From sequence record MT478991.1: DNA of 64,000 nucleotides, one strand, 5' to 3'. This DNA is from Escherichia phage vB_EcoM_011D4. A program made the position numbers and the translations under genes. The notes under the pieces were generated by a model that saw nothing but the letters and a program-made list of their open reading frames with translations, ran no database searches and was not told where the DNA came from. This document shows, in pieces, positions 1 to 9,499 of this stretch; the stretch's first letter is position 1; each line of letters opens with the position of its first letter.

Positions 1-377
1 CGGCAACCGCTCCAGCAATCGGTAACATCGGTTTCTGGAATATGCGAGTTACTACCCAGAACATCAAAGAAACTTATCCAGAGAAGAAAAACGGTACTCT
101 GATGCAATGGGGTACTGACGCGGACGGGCTTACCCAGCTTTGGTCCCCTGATGGTACTCATAAACATTATATCCGTTCCGGTACTGGTGGTCAATGGACT
201 GCATGGGGTGAAATTTACACCAAACAGAATAAGCCTACCGCTCAGGAAATCGGGGCAGTAGTTGCAGAAGGTGGTTTAATGAACTCTATGACGGTTCGTG
301 ATTGGATCAAAGTTGGTAATGTTAAAATCATCGCCAATAATCTGACTCGTACCGTAGACTTTATCTGGGAAGACTAA
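1..377 (+). CDS. 34: Long tail fibre proximal subunit (gp34-like), C-terminal fragment; 5' end lies outside window
   Basis: Frame is open from window start to the TAA at 375-377; lies immediately upstream of gp35/36/37 in T4 order; contains a tail-fibre NKPT motif (YTKQNKPTAQEIGAV). Confidence 0.6.
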   Translation, partial: ATAPAIGNIGFWNMRVTTQNIKETYPEKKNGTLMQWGTDADGLTQLWSPDGTHKHYIRSGTGGQWTAWGEIYTKQNKPTAQEIGAVVAEGGLMNSMTVRDWIKVGNVKIIANNLTRTVDFIWED

Positions 378-410
378 TTAAAGGGGGCGAAAGCCCCCTA
401 TGGGGTTATT

Positions 411-1550
411 ATGACACAAGATATAGAATTACGCAACACTGGAATTAGGTTTGCGCATTTCGACGAAGACTCTGCGACATTTACCAGCATTTCAGAAAAT
501 AACTCTGTGATGTATAAGCTGGAAGTGCGCGGATCTAATGCGGATTCTACCAAACCAGCAAGAATTAGATTTAATGGAGTGGAGATCGTTGGCACTGGCT
601 ATGAAAATGGCCTAAATTTTAAAGTTCTTACTCCAACTGGACAACTACACGAAGAAAAGGTATTCTATGGTCGCGGTGCTGTTTTGGCAATGCGTGATTA
701 TCTTTCTTTGCTGAAAGGTGATTATATCATTGCGATGGCAACTCATGGAGAATTGTTTGCAGATCCGATAAGTGATGTTGTATTTTCTAAGCTGGGATCG
801 GTATCATTCCCGAATCACATTTTGTTACAGCAAATGCCTCGTGTATCATATGCAGCAATTTATTCTACGAAAATGGGTAAAATTGTTTGTGAGGGTATGC
901 AAGCGACCCACGGGGAAGGACAAGATTCATCTATACAAATTGAGAAAGTCTATGATACTATAGATGATCTTGCTATAACAGGAACACCACAACGATTTTT
1001 AGATTATCCGGTTGAGTATGTTAGCGAAGATGCCGAACATTTCGAGCTAATACAATGGCCTCACGATGAGATCAGCGCACCACTTGAAGATTTTAACATA
1101 AAGGCAGGTGACAAACTATCAATATCCTTTGAATTGTTCCGTGATAGTGCCGCAGCCGCAGCCAACGTAACAGCGCGTTTCTATCACAACTACTTCACCG
1201 ATGGACAATATAAAACTGGTGTTCGATACAATGCCAGCAAAAAAGACCAATGGGAAAAGTTTGAAGCAGTCTATACAGTACCGGAAGGTGTCGATGGTGT
1301 AGTAACTGGTTGTATCAGATATCCAACCAACTCAAATGAAGGTATTGTTAAAATTAGAAACATACTAATAACGCCGATCAGTGGAGTCGTTAAAACTACT
1401 GGTCCTACTTCATTTGGTGTTAATGGTGTTAGAACAACTCATATTCAGGATAACGGTGATTTTACTAACCCTGTAATGAGTCTTCTTAAACTACCCAGAG
1501 ATAATAAACACATCACATCCAACAACTTTAAAGAGTTCGATGTTGATTAA
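411..1550 (+). CDS. 35: Long tail fibre hinge connector protein (gp35-like)
   Basis: 379 aa ORF between the gp34 fragment and gp36, matching the T4 34-35-36-37 order; size similar to T4 gp35. Confidence 0.6.
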   Translation: MTQDIELRNTGIRFAHFDEDSATFTSISENNSVMYKLEVRGSNADSTKPARIRFNGVEIVGTGYENGLNFKVLTPTGQLHEEKVFYGRGAVLAMRDYLSLLKGDYIIAMATHGELFADPISDVVFSKLGSVSFPNHILLQQMPRVSYAAIYSTKMGKIVCEGMQATHGEGQDSSIQIEKVYDTIDDLAITGTPQRFLDYPVEYVSEDAEHFELIQWPHDEISAPLEDFNIKAGDKLSISFELFRDSAAAAANVTARFYHNYFTDGQYKTGVRYNASKKDQWEKFEAVYTVPEGVDGVVTGCIRYPTNSNEGIVKIRNILITPISGVVKTTGPTSFGVNGVRTTHIQDNGDFTNPVMSLLKLPRDNKHITSNNFKEFDVD

Positions 1551-1560
1551 CATTTTTTAC

Positions 1561-1591
1561 AAGCCGATCCATGTGGTCGGCTTTATTTTTA
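1561..1591 (+). terminator. Rho-independent terminator after gp35
   Basis: Hairpin AAGCCGAtCC-ATGT-GGTCGGCTT followed by TATTTTTA, 11 nt after the gp35 stop. Confidence 0.55.
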
Positions 1592-1711
1592 TACAGTTGG
1601 TTAAAATGTAACCAAAACGAAGAAAGATCTTTAGAATAATAGAAAATTTGTTTCGGTTAAAAAATAGTCAGTGCCTACGGCACGTCGCGAAGCGATATTT
1701 TGTTAACATTC

Positions 1712-1719
1712 TATAAATA
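1712..1719 (+). promoter_or_regulatory. T4-type late promoter (TATAAATA) for gp36
   Basis: Exact TATAAATA about 34 nt upstream of the gp36 ATG at 1753; the T4 late promoter consensus is TATAAATA. Confidence 0.5.
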
Positions 1720-1752
1720 ATCGGAACTATAACTAATTTTTGAGGTTACTTT

Positions 1753-3243
1753 ATGGCAGATTTGAAATATGGATCTACTGTAGGTGGATCTCCCATTTGG
1801 ACGCAAGGAAACTTGACGATCCAGCCAGCGGGGGATCAGCTTTTCTACAAAGGTCATAAAATCTATACCGCTTTTGATAGACCTTCGGCTACCGATTTTG
1901 ATGCTGTTAGTGCATCCGAAGGTGGCACATTTCAAAAGCAAGTTCATTTCGAGGAAGGTTTAAGCGTAGGTAGCGCATCGGCTGGAGAAACCAAAAAGAA
2001 TGGTATCTTTAAAGGCCAGAGTGATGCCGCTAATTTTGACGGCGTAAGCTGGGGTTTGCATTCATGGAAGTCAATCGGCTTTGTTAATGCCCGTGATGGC
2101 GTTATTATGGCGTATATTGACACCACAACGGGCGAATTTAAGTCTAAAGGGACTATCGAAGGGACAACCATTAAAGACACAGGTCAACGCGTCTATAGCC
2201 CTGTTAATAAACCAACGAATAATGATTTAGATTTGGTGTCTCGTCGCGGTGATACTCTCACAGGAACATATAATTTAAACACTGTCACTGTTAAACTATC
2301 GGTTGATTCGAAATTAATTGCAAGGGAACGTGATTTAATTAATTTTGATGCGACTAAGATCTATTATGGTAACGTTCTTGATACGTTGGTATTCCGAAGT
2401 AAAGATGAGCCTACCATTTTTGTTAATGGCAGAGAAGGTCGTTTTTATCACACCAACAATAAACCAACTAAAGCCGATGTTGGGCTAGGCAATGTCACCA
2501 ATGATGCACAGGTTAAACGTGCTGGTGATATTATGGAAGGTAACTTGCAAGCGCCTAGAATGTTGGCGACAAACGATCCTGCTGGTCCTAATGAATTGGT
2601 TCGTTTGAGCTACTTTGAGAGAAAATCAATGGTAGCAAATCCAACCATCATTGGAAACGTTGATTGGAACACTCTTATTAATCGCGGTATCTATCGTGTG
2701 GAAAATGCTGGGTCGGGTACTAATAAACCGTCTGATAGTTATTATAACGGCGTTTTGATGGTATATCGCCCAGAAGATGCGGTCGGTACTCGTCGAATTG
2801 TTCAGGTGTATTATCCTGAATCTATTGATCATCCGATGTGCTGGCGTTCGTGTTCTAATGAATCATGGACTGCATGGAACTATGTAGATCACCGTAAATT
2901 AGCCGATATTCGCTATGTTAACGTAACTGGCGATACCATGACAGGACCGTTAACTGTTCCGGCTGCAAACGGTGTTAGAACAGCTAAAACTAACTATAAC
3001 GGGGATAACTGTTATGCGGCGTTAAGCGGTGCTGATGGTACTGCTATGATTCACCGTATTAGTGATATTAAAGGGACCGAAAAGCTGGGGATCACCCACG
3101 ACTCAAAGGTCGTGTTTTTCCGTTCTAGAAACAATACTCAAACCGTGGACCGCTATCAGCTTTATCATGAAGGCAATAAACCTACTCCGGCTGATGTTGG
3201 CGCAGTTCCACTTAATGCGGTGATTGATTTTGGTACTTTCTAA
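1753..3243 (+). CDS. 36: Long tail fibre distal subunit, proximal part (gp36)
   Basis: N-terminus MADLKYGSTVGGSPIWTQGN matches the conserved gp36 N-terminus as recalled; repeated NKPT tail-fibre motifs; RBS GAGG upstream. Confidence 0.8.
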   Translation: MADLKYGSTVGGSPIWTQGNLTIQPAGDQLFYKGHKIYTAFDRPSATDFDAVSASEGGTFQKQVHFEEGLSVGSASAGETKKNGIFKGQSDAANFDGVSWGLHSWKSIGFVNARDGVIMAYIDTTTGEFKSKGTIEGTTIKDTGQRVYSPVNKPTNNDLDLVSRRGDTLTGTYNLNTVTVKLSVDSKLIARERDLINFDATKIYYGNVLDTLVFRSKDEPTIFVNGREGRFYHTNNKPTKADVGLGNVTNDAQVKRAGDIMEGNLQAPRMLATNDPAGPNELVRLSYFERKSMVANPTIIGNVDWNTLINRGIYRVENAGSGTNKPSDSYYNGVLMVYRPEDAVGTRRIVQVYYPESIDHPMCWRSCSNESWTAWNYVDHRKLADIRYVNVTGDTMTGPLTVPAANGVRTAKTNYNGDNCYAALSGADGTAMIHRISDIKGTEKLGITHDSKVVFFRSRNNTQTVDRYQLYHEGNKPTPADVGAVPLNAVIDFGTF

Positions 3244-3248
3244 TTTTA

Positions 3249-3273
3249 GCGGGGAGACAATCCCCGCTTTTCT
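3249..3273 (+). terminator. Rho-independent terminator after gp36
   Basis: Hairpin GCGGGGA-GACAA-TCCCCGC followed by TTTTCT directly after the gp36 stop. Confidence 0.55.
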
Positions 3274-3313
3274 AAATAATATTATTCTAATAACCGTTTA
3301 AGGATTTTATAAA

Positions 3314-6232
3314 ATGGCAGATTTAAGCAGAATCCAATTTAAACGTACTAGCACTAAAGGCCGTCGACCTGATGCTGGTACGATGAATCCGGGGGAATTG
3401 GCAATCAACCTTGCGGATCAATATCTTCTTACTAAAAATGATTCCGGTGCTATTATCAATTTAAGTTGTCCTCCGGTTTATGACCGCGATGTTACAATGG
3501 CAGGTAAGGTTAAAGGTAATAATTATATCTTAAGTAAAACCGCTAACTATTTGGAAGACCAGACAGCGCGAGATCTTAACTACTTTGGTGCTTTCCGTAC
3601 CAATGGTCTTGATGGTCTTCTCGAACTCACGCTAAACGTTCCTCATTCTTCTGGTGTTCAGCATGGTCGAGGATTTACTTTCCAGTATGGACACACTGGA
3701 TCGCGTGTAGAAACTTATGGCTATAATAAAGAAGGTCAAAAAGCATTTAGCTATAAAATGTATCATGAAGGTGATAAACCAACTCCAGGAGAATTGAACG
3801 TTTATAGCAAACAAGAAGTTGACCGTATGTTTGTTAAGAACGTTAAACTTTCTACAGGTTCTGGTGATATCGTTGAAGGCTATTTTAAATTAGCAACTGC
3901 AATGATTCCACAAAACGGTCTTAGCGTATTTTTCCGTATTCATGGTGGTAACGGATATAACGTTACTGCATACGACCAAGTTGATATTGTAGAAATTGTT
4001 ATTCGCAGTGGAAATGGTCGCCCTAAAGGTGTTAACGTTATTGCATATCGCCGAAATACAAACAAATCATTTGATGTTTTGGCTGTTAATACTTCTGGTG
4101 ATAACTATGATATCTATGTGAAATATCAGCGTTACACTGATAACGTTATTGTTGAATTTGGTAAAAGTGTTGGTGTTAATCTGGTAGTTCATGACGTTCC
4201 AGATTTTGTTGCTGAACGTCCTGCTGGCGATAATGTTATTGGCGGTCGTGCTGTAACTCTTTTTAACACAGAAAATAAGCGTGGTGTGTTGAGTTTTGAC
4301 GATAACACACAAAACAGCTATGATATTGTTCATATGAGTAATGATAAAGGTACTGGTCGGAAATATATTCGTAAATTCCGTAGTAACTATAATGAAATGA
4401 TCTGGCACGAGACGGTTCAAGGTAATACATATCGATTGGCAACCGGAACGACTGATGCATCGGAAGTTTTTAGAATTACTAGCCGCACCATGTTTACTGG
4501 TAAAGGTGTATTTGATGCCGGACAAAACGTTCTTAGATTAGAGCGTCCTAGTAACCAATCAAACTATATTGAATGGCAAGATCGCCGAAATGGTGCTGAT
4601 GTTCGTCAAGGTTGGATCGGTTTTGGTGGTGCTGAAACAAATGACTTCCAATGGTATAGCGATCACGCAAAAAACTCATTCATGTTGGATGCTAACGGTC
4701 AATGCTCTATTATTACTGGTGCGACCAAAATTGTATATACCAACGGACAATATTATTCCGCTAACTCTGATGCATATCGTATGATCTATGGCAATTATGG
4801 TGCATTCTGGCGTAATGACGGGACTAAAGTTTATCTTCTGTCTACGGCTGAAAATGACCGTTTTGGTGGCTGGAACGGAAACCGACCATTCATTTACGAT
4901 CTTACTTCCGGTAACGTTCAATTAGGCGGTGATGGTAACGAAGATGCATTAACGTTAGAATGTGCTTCTCGTGCCGCTCGCTTTAGTAATGACGTTTACA
5001 TTAAGAAAGGGCTTTTGACTTTCGACGCTGGGCGCGCTGGATCTCGCGATTATATTCGATTTAATCATTGGGGTGATAGTAATAATGCCCGTGATAACGT
5101 TTTGTACATAGAAGATAGTCAAGGCCGACATTTTAGCACAGAACGTGCGATGGGTACTGGTGCTCTTAAAGCATACTTCTTAGGCGATCTTGAAGTCGGT
5201 GGTAAGTTTACTTGGGGTAAAAATACAGCTACATCTAGCTTTAATATTCGTGCATGGGGTAATGATTCCCGTAAACAAGTATTAGAATGCGCGGATGAAA
5301 GTGGTTGGCATTGGTATACCCAACGTCCAGGCGGTCCGGGAACAAATGAGATTATATTCAATGTTAACGGGAAAGTTCAATCTCAGGGTTTTGAGACTTC
5401 CGGTAATATTAAGATAACTGGACCAGACATTGAGTTTCGTCGCACTGGCAATAAGCACATCTGGTTTAGAGATCCTGACGGCTTAGAATTGGGTTTGATT
5501 TATTGTGACGACAACGGCGTTATTCGTTTCCGTGGTCAAAAACAAACTCAAGATTGGATATTTGGCAATAAGACGATCCAATTAGGAACTAGTGCTACTG
5601 TTAGTGGATCTGGTAACGGTTTGATTCGCGGACAAGTTCAAGGTGGTGCTTGGACACAATGGAGAGATCGTGCTGCTGGCTTATTGGTTGATTGTCAGAA
5701 TACCGAAAACTCTGCACATAACGTGTGGAAAGCGACACATTGGGGCAAATTCCACATTGCAGCTATGGGTATTCACGTTTCAGGTGGAAATATAGCAAAC
5801 GCATTGGCGCGTCTACATGTTAATGATGCAACTTTTGACCATAGTGCGAGCGGTGACTTCCAGGCAAGCCGTAATGGTAGCTTTAACGATGTTTATATTC
5901 GTTCTGATGCTCGCCTTAAAATCAATAAGGAAGAGTATAAGGAGAATGCCACCGATAAAGTTAATCGCTTGACTGTGTACACCTACGATAAGGTTAAGTC
6001 TTTGACGGACCGCACTGTTATCGCTCATGAAGTTGGTATTATTGCTCAGGATCTTGAAAAAGAATTGCCGGAAGCAGTAACAACTTCTAAGATCGGCGAT
6101 CCTGATAAGCCAGAAGAGATCTTAACAATTTCTAACTCTGCTGTCAACGCTCTTTTAATTAAGGCGTTTCAGGAAATGAGCGAAGAACTTAAAGCCGTTA
6201 AAGCTGAACTAGCGGAACTTAAAAAGAATTAA
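3314..6232 (+). CDS. 37: Long tail fibre distal subunit gp37 with C-terminal intramolecular chaperone-like domain
   Basis: N-terminus MADLSRIQFKRTSTKGRRPDAGTMNPGELAINL resembles the gp37 N-terminus; 972 aa; C-terminus has SDARLKINKEEY and a coiled-coil tail typical of self-cleaving tail-fibre chaperone domains. Confidence 0.85.
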   Translation: MADLSRIQFKRTSTKGRRPDAGTMNPGELAINLADQYLLTKNDSGAIINLSCPPVYDRDVTMAGKVKGNNYILSKTANYLEDQTARDLNYFGAFRTNGLDGLLELTLNVPHSSGVQHGRGFTFQYGHTGSRVETYGYNKEGQKAFSYKMYHEGDKPTPGELNVYSKQEVDRMFVKNVKLSTGSGDIVEGYFKLATAMIPQNGLSVFFRIHGGNGYNVTAYDQVDIVEIVIRSGNGRPKGVNVIAYRRNTNKSFDVLAVNTSGDNYDIYVKYQRYTDNVIVEFGKSVGVNLVVHDVPDFVAERPAGDNVIGGRAVTLFNTENKRGVLSFDDNTQNSYDIVHMSNDKGTGRKYIRKFRSNYNEMIWHETVQGNTYRLATGTTDASEVFRITSRTMFTGKGVFDAGQNVLRLERPSNQSNYIEWQDRRNGADVRQGWIGFGGAETNDFQWYSDHAKNSFMLDANGQCSIITGATKIVYTNGQYYSANSDAYRMIYGNYGAFWRNDGTKVYLLSTAENDRFGGWNGNRPFIYDLTSGNVQLGGDGNEDALTLECASRAARFSNDVYIKKGLLTFDAGRAGSRDYIRFNHWGDSNNARDNVLYIEDSQGRHFSTERAMGTGALKAYFLGDLEVGGKFTWGKNTATSSFNIRAWGNDSRKQVLECADESGWHWYTQRPGGPGTNEIIFNVNGKVQSQGFETSGNIKITGPDIEFRRTGNKHIWFRDPDGLELGLIYCDDNGVIRFRGQKQTQDWIFGNKTIQLGTSATVSGSGNGLIRGQVQGGAWTQWRDRAAGLLVDCQNTENSAHNVWKATHWGKFHIAAMGIHVSGGNIANALARLHVNDATFDHSASGDFQASRNGSFNDVYIRSDARLKINKEEYKENATDKVNRLTVYTYDKVKSLTDRTVIAHEVGIIAQDLEKELPEAVTTSKIGDPDKPEEILTISNSAVNALLIKAFQEMSEELKAVKAELAELKKN

Positions 6233-6272
6233 GGAAACTCCCAGGGAAGGGAACTACTAAGGAGAAACGGCT

Positions 6273-6512
6273 ATGGTCTATAATATCGTCATTGGTGCTT
6301 TGTCTAATTTCGGAATGAAATTATTGTCAAAGTTAATTAGTGAAAAGATGCTCACTAAAATTTTCTTCTATTGCGCTCGTCGTCTTGCGGCTTATACCAA
6401 TACGCCAATTGATGATCGTTTTGTGGAAGAACTTTATAAGGAGTTTAATAAAGATCAGTCAGAAGATAGCAACGAGCAAAATAAAAATAGTGATAGTCAA
6501 CTACCTAAATAA
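6273..6512 (+). CDS. Hypothetical protein (79 aa) in the position T4 gp38 would occupy
   Basis: ORF between gp37 and holin t with an acidic Ser/Asn-rich C-terminus; no glycine-rich or gp38-like features. Confidence 0.35.
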   Translation: MVYNIVIGALSNFGMKLLSKLISEKMLTKIFFYCARRLAAYTNTPIDDRFVEELYKEFNKDQSEDSNEQNKNSDSQLPK

Positions 6513-6545
6513 GAGTACACTGTCATAGTTATCTTAGGGCATTAT

Positions 6546-7202
6546 ATGCAAGTTTCTGAAAAAGGGAAAGACTTTGCTATCTCAAATGTCCTGCGCGCTA
6601 TTTTCACAACTAAAAGCACGGAGTTGCTCGTACTTCGTGTTTTTGCTGCCGTCGTGTTGTCCATATTAGCATTTGTCGTTTATAGTAAAAACGAGTTATT
6701 TGCGCTTTATAAAGAGACTCGTTATGAGACTTATGCTCACGTTCTCCAGGTAGAGAAAGACCGCAATTTTGATAATGCAGCACAGGAGCAGTTACAGATA
6801 GTTCATGTGTCGGCTGATGCCGATTTTTCTGCTGTTTTTAGTTTTCGTCCGAAAAACCTAAACTATTTTGTTGATTTGGTGGCATATGAAGGAAAGCTAC
6901 CGCATACAATCGATGAAAAAAATTTAGGCGGATTCCCTATCAATAAAACGAGTGAAGAATATCGTAGACATCTTTTAGGTAAATCCTATTTTACCGATAA
7001 AGATTTCCAGTATATTCCATCAAGAGAAAAGAAATTAGAGAGTATCGATATAGGGGTTATGTATTCTTGTCCTATATTCAATCTCGATAATGTCTATTCT
7101 GGTAGTATCTCCATTGCATGGAAGAATAAACCGGATATTGACATTGAGAATTTAGATACTCTTTGCAATCAATCTGCCAGAATCCTCGGAAGGATTAGAT
7201 AA
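6546..7202 (+). CDS. t: Holin (T4 t-like)
   Basis: 218 aa, same length as T4 holin T; N-terminal TM segment (VVLSILAFVVY); conserved block LQIVHVSADADFSAVFSFRPKNLNYFVDLVAYEGKLP and C-terminal ARILGR. Confidence 0.85.
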   Translation: MQVSEKGKDFAISNVLRAIFTTKSTELLVLRVFAAVVLSILAFVVYSKNELFALYKETRYETYAHVLQVEKDRNFDNAAQEQLQIVHVSADADFSAVFSFRPKNLNYFVDLVAYEGKLPHTIDEKNLGGFPINKTSEEYRRHLLGKSYFTDKDFQYIPSREKKLESIDIGVMYSCPIFNLDNVYSGSISIAWKNKPDIDIENLDTLCNQSARILGRIR

Positions 7203-7207
7203 CTTAA

Positions 7208-7240
7208 AGGGGAAGCCTTTCGGCCTCCCCTTCTTTTTTA
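7208..7240 (+). terminator. Hairpin plus T-run terminator after holin t (possibly bidirectional)
   Basis: AGGGGAAGCC-TTTC-GGCCTCCCCT followed by TCTTTTTTA at the convergence point of + and - strand genes. Confidence 0.5.
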
Positions 7241-7486
7241 TTGACGCATAGACGCGCCTGAATCGCATTTTGACGCTGTATGATGAAAACATGTAGCGTA
7301 CCAGTCATCGGCTTGTTTGTCTTCGTCAGAAAACGCGTAATTTCGTTGTATGCCGTTTTCTACTTTGACCAGTGCAATAGCTGTTTCTGGAAGATCAATC
7401 AATCGGACAAAATCACCATCTTCCCACTCTACACGAGCAATATCATAGCCCATCTCAAAGTATACAATCGCTTGTTCTAATTTCAT
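7238..7486 (-). CDS. Hypothetical protein (82 aa)
   Basis: First ORF of the - strand early block, start overlapping the next gene's stop. Confidence 0.4.
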   Translation of the reverse strand: MKLEQAIVYFEMGYDIARVEWEDGDFVRLIDLPETAIALVKVENGIQRNYAFSDEDKQADDWYATCFHHTASKCDSGASMRQ

Positions 7487-7806
7487 TCTGGAAACTTCCC
7501 GTAAACATTCTCTGCCAACTTACGTGCATCTTTTACAATATCTTTCATGTAATGACTATAATTTTTAGCTAGATCAATGATACAATCAACAAAGAAGTAA
7601 TAGCGTCGCAGTGCTACCAGCTCAACATCTTCAAGATGACCATTTTCTCCAATCGATGAAATATATTTAAATTCCTTTCGGATCGCGTCCATCGCTACAT
7701 TAACTTCTTTTATAATATCTTTAGTATTATATGCACCTCGACTAATCAAAATTTTGGTTATGTCTTCTGCTTTTTCGTGAAAGTTGTCAATTTCAAACTC
7801 GATCAT
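7483..7806 (-). CDS. Hypothetical protein; paralog of 7921..8253
   Basis: Track start is GTG; ATG at 7806 with GAGGTG RBS. C-terminus ARKLAENVYGKFPE parallels ARIMTENIFGKF of the neighbour. Confidence 0.45.
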   Translation of the reverse strand: MIEFEIDNFHEKAEDITKILISRGAYNTKDIIKEVNVAMDAIRKEFKYISSIGENGHLEDVELVALRRYYFFVDCIIDLAKNYSHYMKDIVKDARKLAENVYGKFPE

Positions 7807-7918
7807 AATCACCTCTCATAATTTCACGCTGTTGTTTCAACATTTTTTCGTGGTTTGCTAATTCTATACCTTGTAATAGCATAACCAGTGCAATTTTCAA
7901 TGATTCATCATCTTTCAT
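7793..7918 (-). CDS. Possible small ORF (41 aa) in the 108-nt gap
   Basis: ATG 2 nt after the upstream stop; fills an otherwise empty gap; overlaps the next start in another frame; below ORF-track threshold. Confidence 0.2.
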   Translation of the reverse strand: MKDDESLKIALVMLLQGIELANHEKMLKQQREIMRGDYDRV

Positions 7919-7920
7919 AA

Positions 7921-8253
7921 TCAAAATTTACCGAAAATATTCTCTGTCATAATTCTTGCTTCGTCGATTATTTTCGTCATGTTCATGGTGTAGTTATGAT
8001 CATTTAGTGCTTTAATAACAACGAGCAAGGAATCTAAAAACACTCGATACCGGGTATATTCTACGCTATTTGTGAATACCGATGTTTTCTCGACTTTATC
8101 GATCAGATAGCCTAAAACCGATAGCGCCTCGTTTACTTCCCTTGTTACTTTATCGGCGCTAAACAACACCGGATAAAGACGCGGTGTGATTAACCGCGCT
8201 GCCTCTTTCAATTCGGTTGCTTTCCATGATTCATATTTGTCATAATTAAACAT
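7921..8253 (-). CDS. Hypothetical protein; paralog of 7483..7806
   Basis: 110 aa; shares the C-terminal ...EN(V/I)(Y/F)GKF motif and overall size with the adjacent gene. Confidence 0.45.
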   Translation of the reverse strand: MFNYDKYESWKATELKEAARLITPRLYPVLFSADKVTREVNEALSVLGYLIDKVEKTSVFTNSVEYTRYRVFLDSLLVVIKALNDHNYTMNMTKIIDEARIMTENIFGKF

Positions 8254-8265
8254 TGTATAATGTCC

Positions 8266-8598
8266 TTACAGATGAAAACCTGTTACAATCACCGCATCGA
8301 TCATACCGCTAGGAATAAACGGTTCACCCTCTTTTATTTCAACTTTGAATTGATGCCATTTCGCTAATACTTCTTCCGGTACACCCAGCGATTCGGCGTC
8401 TGCTTTAGTTTCATCCATAATCCAACTAGGCTGCATGAGAGCATAGTTTACATAGTCCATTTCTGGGGTCATGTCATCAATGTTAATATATTTGCAGTTG
8501 ACGCGTTTCAGAATTTCAAATTCTTTATTGTCAACCTGTACCATGTATAATTCAGTAGTTTCTGGAATCAGTTCCCACACAATCAGTACATTTTTCAT
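8266..8598 (-). CDS. Hypothetical protein (110 aa)
   Basis: Compact - strand ORF in the early-gene array. Confidence 0.45.
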   Translation of the reverse strand: MKNVLIVWELIPETTELYMVQVDNKEFEILKRVNCKYINIDDMTPEMDYVNYALMQPSWIMDETKADAESLGVPEEVLAKWHQFKVEIKEGEPFIPSGMIDAVIVTGFHL

Positions 8599-8606
8599 AG
8601 TTCACC

Positions 8607-8975
8607 TCACTTAACAAAGATTTTCTTTAATGCTTTCAGGATCGTTGCTTCCGGCGCTTCTTCCGGTGGAGGAAGCAATTCTACCACTTCCTCTTCCAAC
8701 TCGATATAGTCTACCAGATATTCTACATAGAATGCAAGTGCTTCCATGAAATTAAATGCTACATCCGATTCACCACAAGCGCCCACATGCATTGTATAAA
8801 CATCACTGCGATCAAGTTTGTGGATGCTTCCCAGATAGTTTCGGTTATACCAGACTTCCCACACTTTCAACTTTCCGGTTTTTGTTGATGTTTTATAATC
8901 GGTTTCGTAATGATGCAATTGACGTTGCAAATCATTGATAATAACACATTTTTCGTAATTGTTTTGAATTTCCAT
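8607..8975 (-). CDS. Hypothetical protein (122 aa), acidic C-terminus
   Basis: Compact - strand ORF; C-terminal ELEEEVVELLPPPEEAPE acidic/proline stretch. Confidence 0.45.
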   Translation of the reverse strand: MEIQNNYEKCVIINDLQRQLHHYETDYKTSTKTGKLKVWEVWYNRNYLGSIHKLDRSDVYTMHVGACGESDVAFNFMEALAFYVEYLVDYIELEEEVVELLPPPEEAPEATILKALKKIFVK

Positions 8976-8985
8976 GATGTAATCC

Positions 8986-9177
8986 TCACTTATCGTTAAG
9001 AAGTTCTAAAACTTTCTGTCGTACTTTGTCAATATTAGTTGATTCAAAAACTGTACGGTATCCCCAGCTTTGACCGTATGATCGCGAGCAATCCCCATAT
9101 CCCCATTGTTCAACCTGATAGTATTCAAGGAATGGATGTTGCCGAACTATGATACCATCGCGATTAAAAATTACCAT
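8986..9177 (-). CDS. Hypothetical protein (63 aa)
   Basis: ORF with TGAGGA RBS 8 nt upstream of the ATG. Confidence 0.4.
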   Translation of the reverse strand: MVIFNRDGIIVRQHPFLEYYQVEQWGYGDCSRSYGQSWGYRTVFESTNIDKVRQKVLELLNDK

Positions 9178-9200
9178 AATATAATCCTCACGTCAACAAC

Positions 9201-9488
9201 TTATTTTCGGTTGTGGTCACGATATGTTTTAAAATATCCCTCGTACCACGGTAAAACATCTGGATTTTTACCACTATACAGACCTTTAACCATCATGTCA
9301 ATAAGACCGTCCGGTGTTTGATAATTACCAGCTTTTATAAGCTCTCTGATTAAAATTTCCCTGTATATGTCTTTCGGATCTTCGTAATCAACTTGTATCG
9401 TGGTTGTTGTCTCGCTTAATTTGGTTTCTGGAGTATCTTGCATCGCCTTCCACCAATCTTTTGTAATCTTCATGTTATTGAATTGCAT
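9201..9488 (-). CDS. Hypothetical protein (95 aa)
   Basis: Compact - strand ORF directly downstream of the secreted-protein gene. Confidence 0.4.
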   Translation of the reverse strand: MQFNNMKITKDWWKAMQDTPETKLSETTTTIQVDYEDPKDIYREILIRELIKAGNYQTPDGLIDMMVKGLYSGKNPDVLPWYEGYFKTYRDHNRK

Positions 9489-9499
9489 AATTTAACCTC

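Noticed and set aside
378-410. GGGGGC-GAAA-GCCCCC hairpin between gp34 and gp35 considered as a terminator.
   Set aside because: No T-run follows and the gp35 ATG is 11 nt downstream; more likely an intercistronic stability or processing structure.
3274-3313. Possible late promoter upstream of gp37 (CTAAATAAT).
   Set aside because: Does not match TATAAATA at the first position; gp37 may be co-transcribed from the gp36 late promoter through a leaky terminator.
9191-9196. TTGACG-like hexamer on the - strand upstream of the ORF at 8986..9177 considered as a promoter -35.
   Set aside because: It lies only about 14 nt from the ATG, inside the RBS region, with no suitably spaced -10.
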